From an uncultured delta proteobacterium (GTDB lineage Bacteria; Desulfobacterota; RBG-13-43-22): a stretch of DNA of 64,000 nucleotides. The notes beneath the pieces were generated by a model. The model saw only the letters and a list, made by a program, of their open reading frames with translations. It was not told where the DNA came from and made no database searches. The position numbers and the translations under genes were made by a program. The stretch lies in NCBI GenBank assembly GCA_963802945.1, contig CAWDKY010000028.1, forward strand, positions 128,001 through 192,000, given 5' to 3'. Below, in pieces: positions 30,507-42,978 of the stretch; within the stretch, counting starts at the first letter, position 1, and each line of letters begins with the position of its first letter.

Positions 30507-31328
30507 TTGAAAAAGACTAAAAAAGCACCTTTCTCACTGGGCCTTCCGAGTATTCTCCTGACCAATGATGACGGTATTTTTGCCAAGGGACTGGCGACCC
30601 TGGTAACGTTATTGAAAAAGAAGCATCCTATCTGGGTGGTGGCTCCGGAGTCCGAACAGAGTGCAGTGGGACATGCCCTGACCTTGACCCAGCCATTACG
30701 GGTAAAAAAAATTTTTAAGAATGGGGAATTTTTCGGTTATGGGGTCAGCGGAACACCGGCCGATTGTGTTAAGATCGCTCTTAACGAACTGATCTCTCCC
30801 CCACCCCGCCTGCTCATCTCAGGCATCAATTTGGGTCCCAATGTCGGGATCAATGTTATTTACTCGGGCACTGTTTCAGCCGCCACTGAAGGGGCCATGA
30901 TGGGGCTGACTTCAATAGCCGTCTCCATTGATTCCTATCAGACCCATAAATTTGAACCCGTAGCTAAGATTGTTTCAGCCCTGGTAGATCTCCTCATAGA
31001 ATCTCCGCTTCCTACGGGTGTCTCCTTAAATGTCAATGTACCGGCCCTGCCCTTGTCGGCAATCAAAGGGATTCGTTTGGTCAGGCAGGGGACCTTTCGT
31101 TTCAAGGAACGCTTTGAACGTCGTCTTGATCCCCGGGAAAATGTCTATTACTGGCAGGCCGGAATCTTGCCTCCCCCGGGAGAGGCCCCGGATACCGACC
31201 ATGCCCTTCTGTCGGCCGGTTATGTCACCTTGACCCCGATCAGTTTTGATCTAACCCACTACCCATCCCTTTCCAACTTGACCTTTCTGGAGAAAATGAC
31301 CGTGGGGAAAAAATCCAAATTTGCATGA
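30507..31328 (+). CDS. surE: 5'/3'-nucleotidase SurE
   Basis: LTNDDG, GTPADCV, SGINLG, YSGTVSAA. Confidence 0.96.
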   Translation: MKKTKKAPFSLGLPSILLTNDDGIFAKGLATLVTLLKKKHPIWVVAPESEQSAVGHALTLTQPLRVKKIFKNGEFFGYGVSGTPADCVKIALNELISPPPRLLISGINLGPNVGINVIYSGTVSAATEGAMMGLTSIAVSIDSYQTHKFEPVAKIVSALVDLLIESPLPTGVSLNVNVPALPLSAIKGIRLVRQGTFRFKERFERRLDPRENVYYWQAGILPPPGEAPDTDHALLSAGYVTLTPISFDLTHYPSLSNLTFLEKMTVGKKSKFA

Positions 31329-31365
31329 TACTTTTTTTTCTGATGAGTACCCCGTAGAGGAAACT

Positions 31366-31740
31366 CTAATCATGGCCCAGAGGCCGATGGTCGACCTTTG
31401 GAAGTTCTGACAGACGAAGCAATAAGGCAAGGATAATGCCGGTTACAACAAAGGCGAAGTCGATGGAGAAAGGAATAAAGTGATTTACCGTGGCATCATA
31501 GAGGAATCCGGCCGGGCTCGGACTGCCGGCGCTGATCAGCGTTACCACCAGTATGGGTCCGCCTGAAGTCAGCACCAAAGAGATTGGCCATCAGGACAAT
31601 CCTGCCTCCGAAACCGATCCCCATGGGTAGATAATAAAGGAAATGAATAAAATTCCTTAAGCATGCATCAAGGAAATAATCCCAGTTTACATGTAGGTCA
31701 GAAAGAAAACCGCTGAATGTCACTCGTCAAACCGCATACC
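31366..31740 (-). pseudogene. Possible degraded MFS transporter C-terminal fragment
   Basis: Hydrophobic fragments across frames (GIGFGG...ANLFG; AGFLYDAT...IILALLL). Confidence 0.35.
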
Positions 31741-31916
31741 GAGAAAGACTCAAGCCAGTTTACCGGGAGGCTATTATGTTGACATAAATATAGTTCTCTA
31801 ATATTATAAAATAAATAAAACAATTAAATATCCTGTCGTTTTTGTCTATTGCTTCTCATCGAATCCGCTGCGGCTGAAATGCCCTATGCGGTGGCCTAAA
31901 AGTACGGAGGGGAAAG

Positions 31917-34621
31917 ATGGCTATAAAAAAACGCCCATTCATTGCTTTGGTGTTGTTCCTTTTAGTTCTTTTCATTGTCGGTTCCGGTCTCCTGGGATTC
32001 TACACCGAATGGCTTTGGTTTCAATCCCTGGGATACACCTCGGTCTTCCTGCGGCTCATCAATTATAAATTGCTCTTAGGGGGCATCTTCGGAATTCTTT
32101 CCGCCCTCCTGTTTTATTTAAACGGCCGACTGGTTTTCCGTTTGGCCCATACCCCTTATCCTATGAATACAGAAGCCATCCCCATCAACCTTCCGGTCTG
32201 GCTGGAAGGACGTCTGCAGGCTTTCTTACTTCCGGCAGCCATCTTGGTCGGAATTTTTGTGGGTCTGGGGGCCGCCGGCCAATGGGAGTCTTTCCAACTC
32301 TTCCTCAATACCCGGCCTATCGGACAATCCGACCCTGTTTTCAATAAAGATATTTCTTTTTATCTTTTTCAACTTCCTTTTCTACATTATCTGAGCAGTT
32401 GGTTCGGTGGACTGTGGTTTGTGTCTCTCTTATCGGCCGTGGTCATCATTGTTTTCCGGTTCCAATTTCAGGTTAATCCCCGGGGGGTGACCCTTAAACC
32501 CTGGGTGAAAAAATACCTTTTTGCCTTTTTTGGGATCTTATTTATTTTTCTGACCTATTATTTTTTCCTTTCCCGATATGATCTCCTTTTTTCCGGCCGT
32601 GGGGTGGTCTTTGGACCCGGTTATGTGGATCAAAATTATCTTATGCCGATTCTGGGTATCATGATGTCGATTTCCCTTTTAACCGGTCTGCTTTTAATAT
32701 TTCAGGCCTTCAAGCCGGGAGGACGCTGGATTTACGGCGTTCTGGCTTTTTTTATCGCAGCCTATATTATCGGAATATACATCCTGCCTGGATTTGTTCA
32801 GCGCTTTATTGTCACCCCCAATGAGATCCAAATAGAAACCCCTTTCCTTTCCCGTTACATCCAGGGTACTCTTCAAGGCTATGGACTCAATCAGGTGGAA
32901 GAACGTCAATTAGCCGGCCGAGACGACCCTGACCCCTGCCAATATCAATGCCAACAGCCTGACCATAAAAAATATTCGTCTCTGGGATCACCGTCCTTTA
33001 TTGGAAACCTTCAGCCAGATCCAGGAGATCAGGACTTACTATAAATTCCAGATCCGTGGATAATGACCGTTACTTTATCAATAATGAATATCGCCAGGTC
33101 ATGCTTTCTCCGCGGGAACTCTCCTATGCCGATCTGCCCAGCAAAGGTTGGATCAATGAGCACCTGATTTATACCCATGGATATGGGTCTGACCCTCGGG
33201 GTGGTCAATCAGGTAACCCCTGAGGGGCTTCCTGACCTGCTTATCCAGGATATTCCTCCGGTTTCCAAAAGCAATCTGAAGGTGACCCAGCCGGAGATCT
33301 ATTTTGGAGAAATTGAAAACGACTATATCGTTGTCAATACCCGGCAAAAAGAATTCAATTATCCCTCCGGGTGAACAAAATGTCTTTGAAAGTTATCAGG
33401 GGAAGGGAGGTATTCCTGTCGGAGGATTCCTAAGAAAAGCTTTATGGTCTGCCCGCTTCGGCGCCCTGAAAATTTTACTTTCTTCGGATATTAACGCCCA
33501 AAGCCGCATTCTGTTTGATCGTTCCATCCGAACCCGGGTTCAAAAACTGGTCCCCTTTCTCCAGGTGGATGAGGATCCGTATCTGGTGGTTTCGGGCGGC
33601 CGGCTGTATTGGATACTGGATGCCTATGCCCTGTCCAATAATTACCCTTATTCCCGACCGGTCAAAAAAATGGGTAATTATATCCGCAATTCCGTAGTGG
33701 CCGTGGTCGATGCCTATGAGGGTTCAGTCCAACTGTACATCAAGGATGAAAAAGATCCTTTGGCCCAGGCTTACAGCCGTATTTTTCCCGATCTTCTTCA
33801 AACCGCTGGCGGCCATGGATCCGGACCTGAAAACCCATTTGCGTTATCCTCATTTTTTGTTTGATATCCAGGCGCGCATCTATGCCACTTATCACATGAC
33901 GAATCCTCAGACCTTTTATAACCGGGAGGATACCTGGGAAATTCCGGGAAATTTGCAATCGGCCAAGAAGGACATGGAGTCTTACTACACCATCATGCGG
34001 CTTCCCGGCGAAAAGAAAGAAGAATTTATTTTAATGATCCCTTTTACGCCCCTGAAAAAAGACAACCTGGCCGCTTGGATGGCCATCAGATGCGATTTTC
34101 CGAATTTCGGGAAATTTATTGTCTACCGTTTCCCCAAACAGCGGCTGGTTTACGGTCCCAAACAGATTGAATCCCGGATCAATCAGGACCCGGAAATTTC
34201 CCGGCAACTCTCCTTATGGGACCAGCGAGGTTCAAAGGTAACTCTGGGAACCCTTTTGGTCATCCCCATCGAAGGGTCCCTGATTTATGTTCAACCTTTA
34301 TATATCAAGGCGGAGAGCGGGCAGATTCCGGAACTAAAAAGGGTCATTGTGTCCTATGAAAACCAAATTGCCATGGAAGAGACCCTGGAAAAATCTCTGG
34401 ACCGAATTTTTGGACAGGATGTCAAAAAAAGCCGTGAAGAGACGGTCGCCCTCCCTGCTACGGAAGGAAAATCCCAGTCCTCCCAATTCTTGGGAGATCT
34501 GGCCTGGCAGCACTATCAAAAGGCCCGGAATGCCTTGAAACAGGAAAACTGGACCGCTTACGGTCAGGCCCTGAAAGATCTGGAACAGGTGTTGATACAA
34601 ATGAAGGAAGGGAAAAAATAA
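31917..34621 (+). CDS. UPF0182 family membrane protein, broken by several frameshifts
   Basis: [50 protein letters not shown]. Confidence 0.9.
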
Positions 34622-34622
34622 T

Positions 34623-36285
34623 TTAAGGCTTTGCCGCTTTTTCTCGCTCCATCTTCCTGAGCTCAATTCGCCGGATTTTTCCGCTGATAGTCTTCGGAAG
34701 ATCGGGAACAAACTCGATTTTCGCGTGGGTATTTATAGGGCGCTGTAACCCTTTTCACGTGATCCTGTATCTCCTTCACCAGTTCGGCGCTACCCTGGTA
34801 TCCGGGACGAAGGATGATAAAGGCTTTTACGATTTGGCCCTTGAGATCATCCGGAACGCCGATCACCGCGCTTTCCATCACCGCCGGGTGTTCCTGTAGC
34901 GCGCTTTCGACTTCAAACGGCCCGATGCGGTACCCGCTCGATTTAATAAGATCGTCCGCTCGACCGACAAACCAAAAGTATCCCTCATCGTCTTTATAAG
35001 CTCTATCACCCGTGAAGTAGTAGTCATTTATAAACGAGGAATTGGACGCATCCTTCCAATACCCTCCAAAGACCGTCGGGGGATGATTAGGTTTCACCTT
35101 AACCGCGATATGCCCTTCTTCATTCGGTGGCAGGATAGCGCCGGTGTCGTCGACGATATCCACGACGGACCCCGGAGTGGGCTTGCCCATGCTTCCCGCT
35201 TTAATCGGAAGGCAGGGAAAGTTGGCGACCAAGGGAATCGTCTCTGTCTGTCCGTAGTAGTCGTAGATTTGCCGGCCGGTATAGTCCTTCCAGGCTTTGA
35301 TGACCTCGGGATTGAGCGGCTCCCCGGCCGAGAGCGAATGCCTGAGTTCGCTCCAATCGTATTTTCGCAAATCGACTTGTCCGATGAGAACCCGGTAGGC
35401 GGTTGGCGGCGCGCAGAACACCGTCACGCCGTATTGTTCGATGATCTCCGGTAAATACTTGGGGTCGAATTTACTGCCCATTCGCCACTGCAGAACCGAG
35501 GCGCCCACAATCCACTGTCCAAAGAGTTTTCCATAGGCGGTCTTTGCCCAGCCCGTGTCGGCGTGCACCCAGATAATATCGGTCGGACGCAGATCCTGAA
35601 TATATCGGGCCGTTACGATATGAGCGATGGCATAGCTTTGGTTGTGGCGCACCATCTTTGGATTTCCCGTCGTCCCGGAGGTAAAGAAGATAAGCATCGG
35701 GTCGGAGCTTTTTGTTTTGCCGCCGAAGTCGTCCTGGTTAAAGACCCGGGACGCCTTGGCCATCGATTTGTTAAAGGACTTCCAGCCTGGTTTTGTCGCG
35801 CCGACGATCAGGCTGCATTTCAAGCTGGGAAGTTTTGTTCTGACGGCATCGACCTTTTCAGCGCCCTCTTTGTTGGCTATGGCCATCACGGCCTCGGCGC
35901 TATTGATTCGGTACTCGATATCGTGGCCGGTGACGAGATTCGGCGTTGGCATGGCCACGACTCCCGCCTTTATCATTCCAAGCATGGCAACATACCACTC
36001 GATAGAGCGCGGCAGCATGAGTAAAACTCGATCGCCTTTCTTCAGGCCGAGACTATTCAGAACGTTGGCAAACTTATTGGCGAGAATGCTAAGCTCCCAA
36101 AACGTGAGTTTCGTGGAGCTGCTGCCATCCTCAGAAACCGTGATCAAAGCGATCTTGGTTTTATCCTTGATCCCCTTATCAAAACTATCAAGAGCGAAGT
36201 TATAGTACTCGGGAATCTCCCATTTAAATTCCTTCACGGTTTCTTGGTAATCCTTCATATTGTGTTGATCGAGTGACATAGTCAC
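34623..36285 (-). CDS. Short/medium-chain acyl-CoA synthetase, frameshift near 34720
   Basis: FTSGTTGNPK, YGQTE, GRADD, EVES; the shifted frame gives IEFVPDLPKTISGKIRR with stop at 34623. Confidence 0.92.
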
Positions 36286-36427
36286 GTGGGATTCCTCCTA
36301 TAGATAAAATGATGAGCTACCGACTGCTTTGCCGTTTTCGCTATAACGATTGGTCAATCGCCGCTGCCTTTCCCAAGTCTAGAACGCCAAAAAGAAAGCG
36401 CCTAATGTGTTCGATCTATGGAAATTT

Positions 36428-36961
36428 TTACCTTTCGATACCCTTTCTGTCCGAAACCCCATCGTTAAAATAATGCTTTTGGTTTTTCATTTCCGTGACC
36501 AGATCGGCCCTTTCCAAAATCTTCGGGTCCGCATATCGACCGGTTAAAACCATTTCCATCGAATCGGGTTTCAGGTCAATCAATTCCAAAACCGCCTCGA
36601 TTGGCAAAAGTCCAAAGGCTATGGCTACGTTGATTTCATCCAAAATCAATAAATCAATAGACTGGCCCAGCATGATTTCCTCGGCATATTCCAGGGCCGT
36701 CCTGGCCAATAATTGATCTTCAGGGTCCGGCTTGTCTTTATTGATAAATCCTTTTCGTCCCATGGGTTTAATAGTCAATAAAGGGGCCAGTTTCTGGGCG
36801 GCCATCAATTCTCCTGTCGGTTCCGGCCCTTTCATGAATTGAATCATCACTACCCTGCGATTGTGCCCAACGGCCCTGAGGGCCAATCCCAGGGCGGCCG
36901 TGGTTTTGCCTTTGCCGTCTCCAGTGTAAACCTGGACCATCCCTTTGGAAAAATTTTTCAA
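36428..36961 (-). CDS. cobO: Cob(I)alamin adenosyltransferase (CobA/CobO/BtuR)
   Basis: YTGDGKGKTTAA, QFMK, LDEI, LTGR, ADLVTEM. Confidence 0.92.
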   Translation of the reverse strand: MKNFSKGMVQVYTGDGKGKTTAALGLALRAVGHNRRVVMIQFMKGPEPTGELMAAQKLAPLLTIKPMGRKGFINKDKPDPEDQLLARTALEYAEEIMLGQSIDLLILDEINVAIAFGLLPIEAVLELIDLKPDSMEMVLTGRYADPKILERADLVTEMKNQKHYFNDGVSDRKGIER

Positions 36962-36962
36962 T

Positions 36963-38121
36963 CTAACTTATCCTTCCCAACAATGCCCTGGCAATCACCA
37001 GACGTTGAATCTCCGAGGTCCCTTCATATAAAGTAGTCACCCGCACATCCCGGGCCAGTCGTTCCACCGGGTAATCGGCAATATACCCGTATCCTCCCAA
37101 AATCTGTATCGCATTATAACAGGCCCGATTGGCCGCCTCTGAAGCCAACAGCTTGCCCATAGAAGCCTCGGTAACAAAAGATTTTCCTGTTTCTTTAAGG
37201 AAAGCAGCCCGAAGGACCAACAACTGAGCTGCTTCCAATTCGGTATAGGTGTCGGCTATCATCCACTGTATGGCCTGGAACTGGGAAATGGACCGATTGA
37301 ATTGCTCCCTGTTCATGGCATAATTTGATGCAAAATCCATGGCTGCTCGTCCGATGCCTATGGACATGGACCCGATCCCGATCCGTCCACCGGCCAGCTC
37401 CATCAAGGAAATCCGAAAACCATCATTGAGGGAACCCAGGAGATTTTCCTTGGGAATATGGCATTGATCGAAAATGAGCTGGTTAGTGCTTGATCCTTTC
37501 TGTCCCATCTTTTTTTCGTCGGTCCCAACAATATACCCTGGTGTATCCTTTTCGACGACGAAAGCGCTGATGCCCCTCCCCTTGGGTGCACTCTTGTCGG
37601 TTACGGCCCAAGCCACAACCACCCCGGCATACTCGGCACTGGTAATGAAAAGCTTCTGACCATTGATGACCCATTCATTTCCATCTAAAACAGCTGTGGT
37701 TTTTATTCCCGCCGCATCCGATCCGGCCGCTGCTTCGGTCAGGCCGAAGGCTCCGGCAGGATATTCTCCGGAGCAAAGGCGCGGGATATATTTTTTTTTG
37801 GTTTCTTCGGTCCCGAATTCCAGTAACACCTCGGCCACCATATTGGTCACCGACATGGTTACAGCCGTGGCCGCACAACCGGCCCCGATCTCGGTCATGG
37901 CCAGACTGTAAGCCACGACCCCACTTTTTGACCCCCCGTAGGATTCAGGAATATTCATGCCCATGAGACCCAACTCAGCCATTTTTTTTAAATTAGCCTT
38001 TAAAATAGTCCGATCCCGTGGTCTCATCCAAACGGGCGGCTTGAGGAGCCAGTTCGTTCTGGGAAAATTCCCGACACATCTCCTGGACCATCTTTTGTTC
38101 TTCAGTTAACGCAAAGTTCAT
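36963..38121 (-). CDS. Acyl-CoA dehydrogenase, frameshifted near the N-terminus
   Basis: MNFALTEEQ start at 38121; LTEAAAGSD, REQF, GGYGY, YEGTSEIQ. Confidence 0.92.
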
Positions 38122-38247
38122 AGTGATTTTTTTTTAACGCTTCTAATCTTAATTAGATAGTTTCCAGGGCCTATCGGGAATAGTTCGGAGTTCAGAGTTT
38201 GGAGTTTGGAACCTGTTAAAATGGGCAATTAACTCCGAACTTTCTGC

Positions 38248-39397
38248 TTACTTCCTTTTTAAGATGTTATTGGCAATGACAACCCTCATAATCTCGTTGG
38301 TACCTTCGTAGATCTGGGTGATCTTGGCATCCCGCATGTGGCGTTCCATGGGGTATTCTTTGCAATAACCATAACCACCCAGAATCTGAACCCCCTCAAT
38401 GGCCGCCTGCATAGCTGTATCCGAGGCATACATCTTGGCCATGGCCGCTACTTTTTCATAAGGTTGGTGATTGTCTTCCAACCAGGCGGCCCTTAATGTA
38501 AGAAGCTCGGCCGCATCCAAACGGGTGGCCATATCGGCGAATTTCCATTGAATGGCCTGGAGGGCAGCAATCGGTTGACCGAATTGTTCACGAGTCTTGG
38601 CATATTCAAGGCCCTCTTCCAGAACCGCCCGGCCTATTCCAAGGGCCTGGGCGGCGATGCCAATCCGCCCCCCATCCAGGGTAGTCAACATTTGTCTAAA
38701 TCCTTCTCCGGGTTTGCCCAGCAGGGCGTCCTTGGGCACCCGGGCATTGTCGAAAATCATTTCCGCCGTTCCGGAGGCATTGATCCCCATTTTTTCTTCC
38801 ACTCTGCCCAAAGAATATCCGGGGGTGTTTTCCAAATCAACAATAAAACTACTGATTCCTCTTGAGCCTTTTCCCTTATCGGTGACTGCGGCCAAAACAC
38901 AAAAACCAGCCACATTCCCGCTGGTGATGAATTTTTTTTCGCCATTAATGACCCACTCATTACCATCTAAAACCGCCGTGGTTCGCAGGCGACCCGGATC
39001 CGATCCGGCCCCGGCTTCGGTCAGGCCGAAGCAGCCCAGTTTTTCACCGCTGGCTACAGGGGACAAGATATTTCATCTTTTGTTCATGGGTCCCAAAGGC
39101 CATGACCGGAAAGCAATAAAGGGAGTTGTTCACCGACATAATCACTCCAGTGGAAGCACAGGCCTTGGAAATCTCGATCAAGGCAATTACATAACTGACA
39201 TAATCCATGCCTCCGCCTCCGTATTCCTCGGGAACGGCAATGCCAAGAAATTTAAGGTCGGCTAGTTTTTTACAGATCTCGGCCGGATGTTCATGGTTGG
39301 CGTCCAGGCGGGCGGCTACCGGTTTGATTTCTGCCTCGGCAAACTTACGGGCCATTTCCCGGACCATCTGTTGTTCTTCAGTTAAATTAAAATCCAT
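38248..39397 (-). CDS. Acyl-CoA dehydrogenase (butyryl-CoA type), frameshift near 39060
   Basis: MDFNLTEEQ, LTEAGAGSD, REQFG, RDAKITQIYEGTNE. Confidence 0.92.
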
Positions 39398-39496
39398 ATC
39401 CAGTCTCCCTTATTCCGAGTTACGGGTACAGAGTTGCATATTAGATACATTTACTCCCTGCGAGTATAAAAAAATTGCTTTGGTTGAGATTGGATT

Positions 39497-39573
39497 GTCG
39501 TTCCGGCGAAAGCCGGGAACCAGGTTAATATAAACATCAAGATTCCTGGATGCCGGATCAAGTCCGGCATGAC
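39497..39573. repeat. REP-like bipartite palindromic element
   Basis: GTCGTTCCGGCGAAAGCCGGGAACCAG ... CTGGATGCCGGATCAAGTCCGGCATGAC. Confidence 0.75.
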
Positions 39574-39659
39574 GGCAAACAAATAACTCAAAAACTCAGT
39601 TCGTGGATATTGCGTGTTAAAACCTATGACCCTTCACGAACCGTAACCCGTAATTTTTT

Positions 39660-40838
39660 TTATTTCCTCTCAAGAATCATGGCTGCCCCCATGCCTCCGC
39701 CGACACAAAGGGTAGCCAAACCTAAAACAGCCTTTCGTTTTAGCATTCCATAAAGTAAAGTAATCAATATTCTGGCCCCACTGGCCCCGATCGGATGCCC
39801 CAGAGCAATGGCTCCACCACTGATATTGACCTTTTCCATATCCCAGCCCATTTCTCGGTTGACATAAGCTGCCTGTGATGCAAAGGCCTCATTGGCTTCG
39901 ATCAGGTCTAAGTCCTTTACTGAAATCCCGGCTTGTTTTAAGGCCTTTCTGGAGGCCGGGACAGGACCTGTGCCCATAATGGAAGGATCCACACCGGCTG
40001 TAGCGTAAGAACGAATATAAGCCAAGGGCTGAAGCCCCATCTCCCTGGCCTTATCCAGAGACATGACCACTAGAGCCGCACCTCCGTCGTTGATACCCGA
40101 AGCATTACCGGCAGTCACAGTTCCGCCTGGTTTAAAGGCCGGCTGAAGTCTGGCGAGGTCTGCCAGCGTTGTTGCCCTGGGATGTTCGTCGGTGTCAAAC
40201 AATAAGGGTCCACCTTTTTTCTGGGGAATGGGAACGGGTATGATCTCGTCTTTAAACCTTCCTTCGGCTATGGCCTTGAGGGCGTTTTCTTGACTCCTCA
40301 AGGACAGCTTGTCTTGTTCCTCCCGGGATATTCTAAATTGTTCAGCAATATTTTCGGCTGTAATGCCCATATGAACCTGGCTGAAGACATCCAAAAGCCC
40401 ATCATAGATCATCAGATCGACCATTTCACCATTGCCCATTCGAGTACCCCAACGGGCTTGCCTCAAACCATAAGGGGCCATACTCATGCTTTCAAAGCCG
40501 CCGGCCACAAGAATATCGGCATCTTCGGCTTTAATGGCCTGAGCCGCCATCATGACTGATTTCAAACCAGAGGCGCAGACTTTGTTGATGGTGGTGGCTG
40601 GAACCTCTTTGGGGATTCCGGAATGAATCACTACTTGCCGGGCGGCATTTTGACCCTGCCCGGCTTGAAGGACATTACCCAAAATAACCTCATCCACTTT
40701 TTCTGGAGGAACCGACGCCCGCTTCAAGGCTTCTTTTACAGCGATAACCCCTAATTGAATTGCAGAGATCTCTTTAAGCCCCCCTCCGAATCTGCCTACC
40801 GGAGTTCGGGCTGCGCCAACAATCACTATTTCTTTCAT
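39660..40838 (-). CDS. Acetyl-CoA C-acetyltransferase (thiolase)
   Basis: [26 protein letters not shown]. Confidence 0.95.
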   Translation of the reverse strand: MKEIVIVGAARTPVGRFGGGLKEISAIQLGVIAVKEALKRASVPPEKVDEVILGNVLQAGQGQNAARQVVIHSGIPKEVPATTINKVCASGLKSVMMAAQAIKAEDADILVAGGFESMSMAPYGLRQARWGTRMGNGEMVDLMIYDGLLDVFSQVHMGITAENIAEQFRISREEQDKLSLRSQENALKAIAEGRFKDEIIPVPIPQKKGGPLLFDTDEHPRATTLADLARLQPAFKPGGTVTAGNASGINDGGAALVVMSLDKAREMGLQPLAYIRSYATAGVDPSIMGTGPVPASRKALKQAGISVKDLDLIEANEAFASQAAYVNREMGWDMEKVNISGGAIALGHPIGASGARILITLLYGMLKRKAVLGLATLCVGGGMGAAMILERK

Positions 40839-41012
40839 TGAATAAAACCTCCTTTAGAAAATAGAATTCAAAATTAAGAATGGGTCACTAAATCTCCATT
40901 TCACGTTCCGGACCTAATCGTGCCTGGAAAGGCAACGTCGTCTGTCATATTTGACATTAAGTAACACGTTCCGATTCTGTATTCTGACTCCTGTCTTCTG
41001 GATTCTGTTTTT

Positions 41013-42200
41013 TTATGCTTTTTCCACTATCAAACTGACCGCCTCTCCTCCTCCCAAACAGAGAGAGGCCATGCCGCGTTTGACCCCCCTCTCTTTCATA
41101 GCATAGAGCAAGGTGACCAGAACCCTGGCCCCACTGGCCCCGATCGGATGTCCTAAAGCGACTGAGCCGCCATGAACATTGACTTTCTCAGGATCCAGCC
41201 TCAGTTCATTAATCACGGCCACCGTAGAGGCCGAAAAGGCCTCATTGACCTCTTGGAGATCGATGTCGTCAATAGACAAGCCGGCTTTTTTAAGGACCTT
41301 GGGGATGGAAAGTAAAGGGGCCACTAAAACGTATTTGGGGTCCAATCCCGACGAACCTTGTGCACCTACCCTGACCATCGGCGAAATATTAAGTTCCCGA
41401 ACCTTGCTTCCTGACATCAATACCAGGGCAGCAGCCCCATCGCTGATCTTGGAGGCATTTCCGGCCGTCACCGTGCCGTTGGCCATAAAAGCCGGCTTTA
41501 ATTCTGAGAGGGCTTCCAGACTGGTTTCCTTTACTATTTCGTCCTGATCAAAAACCTGCGGCCCTTTCCCCTTTCGAGGAATGGAAATGGGTAAAATCTC
41601 TTCTTTAAACTTGCCTTCAGATCTGGCCTGCAAAGCCTTCTGATAAGAACGATAAGCAAATAAATCCTGTTCTTCTCTGGTTATCCTATATTTTTCAGCA
41701 CAGTATTCAGCGCTGACACCCATCAGAAAATCATTATGGATATCCCTTAAACCGTCATGATCGAGGGAATCGATAAGTACACCATTGCCCATGCGATATC
41801 CGGTGCGGACCTGTTCCAAATAAAAAGGGGCTTGGCTCATATTTTCCAGTCCGCCGGCCACGACCACTTCGGCATCTTTCAGGGCGATAGCCTGGGCGGC
41901 CAACATCACGGCCTTCAATCCTGAACCGCAGACCTTATTGACCGTAATGGCCCCTACATCATAAGGTAGCCCGGCCTTGAGCATGGCCTGTCGGGCCGGA
42001 TTTTGTCCCAAGCCAGCAGGAAGGACATTGCCCATAATGACCTCATCCACCTGCCCCTTGGCCAGCCCGGCCCGTGCGATGGCCTCATTAATGACAATGG
42101 CGCCCAACTCGGTAGCCTTAATGGCGCCCAAACTTCCATTAAAAGCCCCAACAGGGGTCCTTACGGCGCTGACGACATAAACCTCTTCCCGCATAGTCAA
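41013..42200 (-). CDS. Acetyl-CoA C-acetyltransferase (thiolase)
   Basis: [26 protein letters not shown]. Confidence 0.95.
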   Translation of the reverse strand: MTMREEVYVVSAVRTPVGAFNGSLGAIKATELGAIVINEAIARAGLAKGQVDEVIMGNVLPAGLGQNPARQAMLKAGLPYDVGAITVNKVCGSGLKAVMLAAQAIALKDAEVVVAGGLENMSQAPFYLEQVRTGYRMGNGVLIDSLDHDGLRDIHNDFLMGVSAEYCAEKYRITREEQDLFAYRSYQKALQARSEGKFKEEILPISIPRKGKGPQVFDQDEIVKETSLEALSELKPAFMANGTVTAGNASKISDGAAALVLMSGSKVRELNISPMVRVGAQGSSGLDPKYVLVAPLLSIPKVLKKAGLSIDDIDLQEVNEAFSASTVAVINELRLDPEKVNVHGGSVALGHPIGASGARVLVTLLYAMKERGVKRGMASLCLGGGEAVSLIVEKA

Positions 42201-42354
42201 ATTCCTTTGATTTTTTTTGGAAAGTGCCTGGCAAGAATATTCTTCATCACTTGGAAATTATTGAGGGAAAAACAGCCATCCATGTTTTCATCGCTAATGA
42301 AATTATCAAAGATTCTCCTTAAGAACAACAGCGCAGGAAATGGGGTATGGGCCT

Positions 42355-42825
42355 TTATTGGAAGCTTCGAGCTATCTCTCCTAAAATATCCACACTTCGG
42401 ACCATCCCTATGATCTTTCCGGCGTCAGCGACCGGTATTGCTTCCAAATCACGATCATCCATGATCCGGATCACTTCGAACAATTTCTGACTGGGCCGCA
42501 CGGAAACTTCAGGAAACAGCATGGCATCATTGACCGTAATCAACGAGTCGTTCTTACAATAATCTCCAAGCTGAGTGATCCAATCCTCTCTCTTCCCCTC
42601 ACGAGTAAACTTGCTATGAAGGTAAATGATATATTTTAAAATATCTTTTGTCGTTATCAGGCCCAGATATTCCCCTGAAGCCCTCATAACAACCAGGCCG
42701 TGAATTTCCTGTTTTTTCCTACTTGAACCGGTCAGGATAGTACAGGCTTCTTTCAGAGGGGTTTCCGGGGTTACGGTTATAAAATTCGGATCCAATACAT
42801 CCCAAACGCGTTTTTCCAACGGCAT
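42355..42825 (-). CDS. CBS domain protein
   Basis: ITVTPETPLKEA, GLITTKDIL, IPVAD.GKIIGMV. Confidence 0.85.
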   Translation of the reverse strand: MPLEKRVWDVLDPNFITVTPETPLKEACTILTGSSRKKQEIHGLVVMRASGEYLGLITTKDILKYIIYLHSKFTREGKREDWITQLGDYCKNDSLITVNDAMLFPEVSVRPSQKLFEVIRIMDDRDLEAIPVADAGKIIGMVRSVDILGEIARSFQ

Positions 42826-42978
42826 ATTCTTGGCCTCCTAAAAAGGATCGACTTAGATGTTCAAGAAAAATAGAATTAAGGCCCCTGAATATTCAGAAAA
42901 ATTTCTTGTCAAATTAAAGAGTTTTTATGATATAAGATGATATAGTTTTAAAAATAAATTGTCAAGCAAGGGTGTGAA

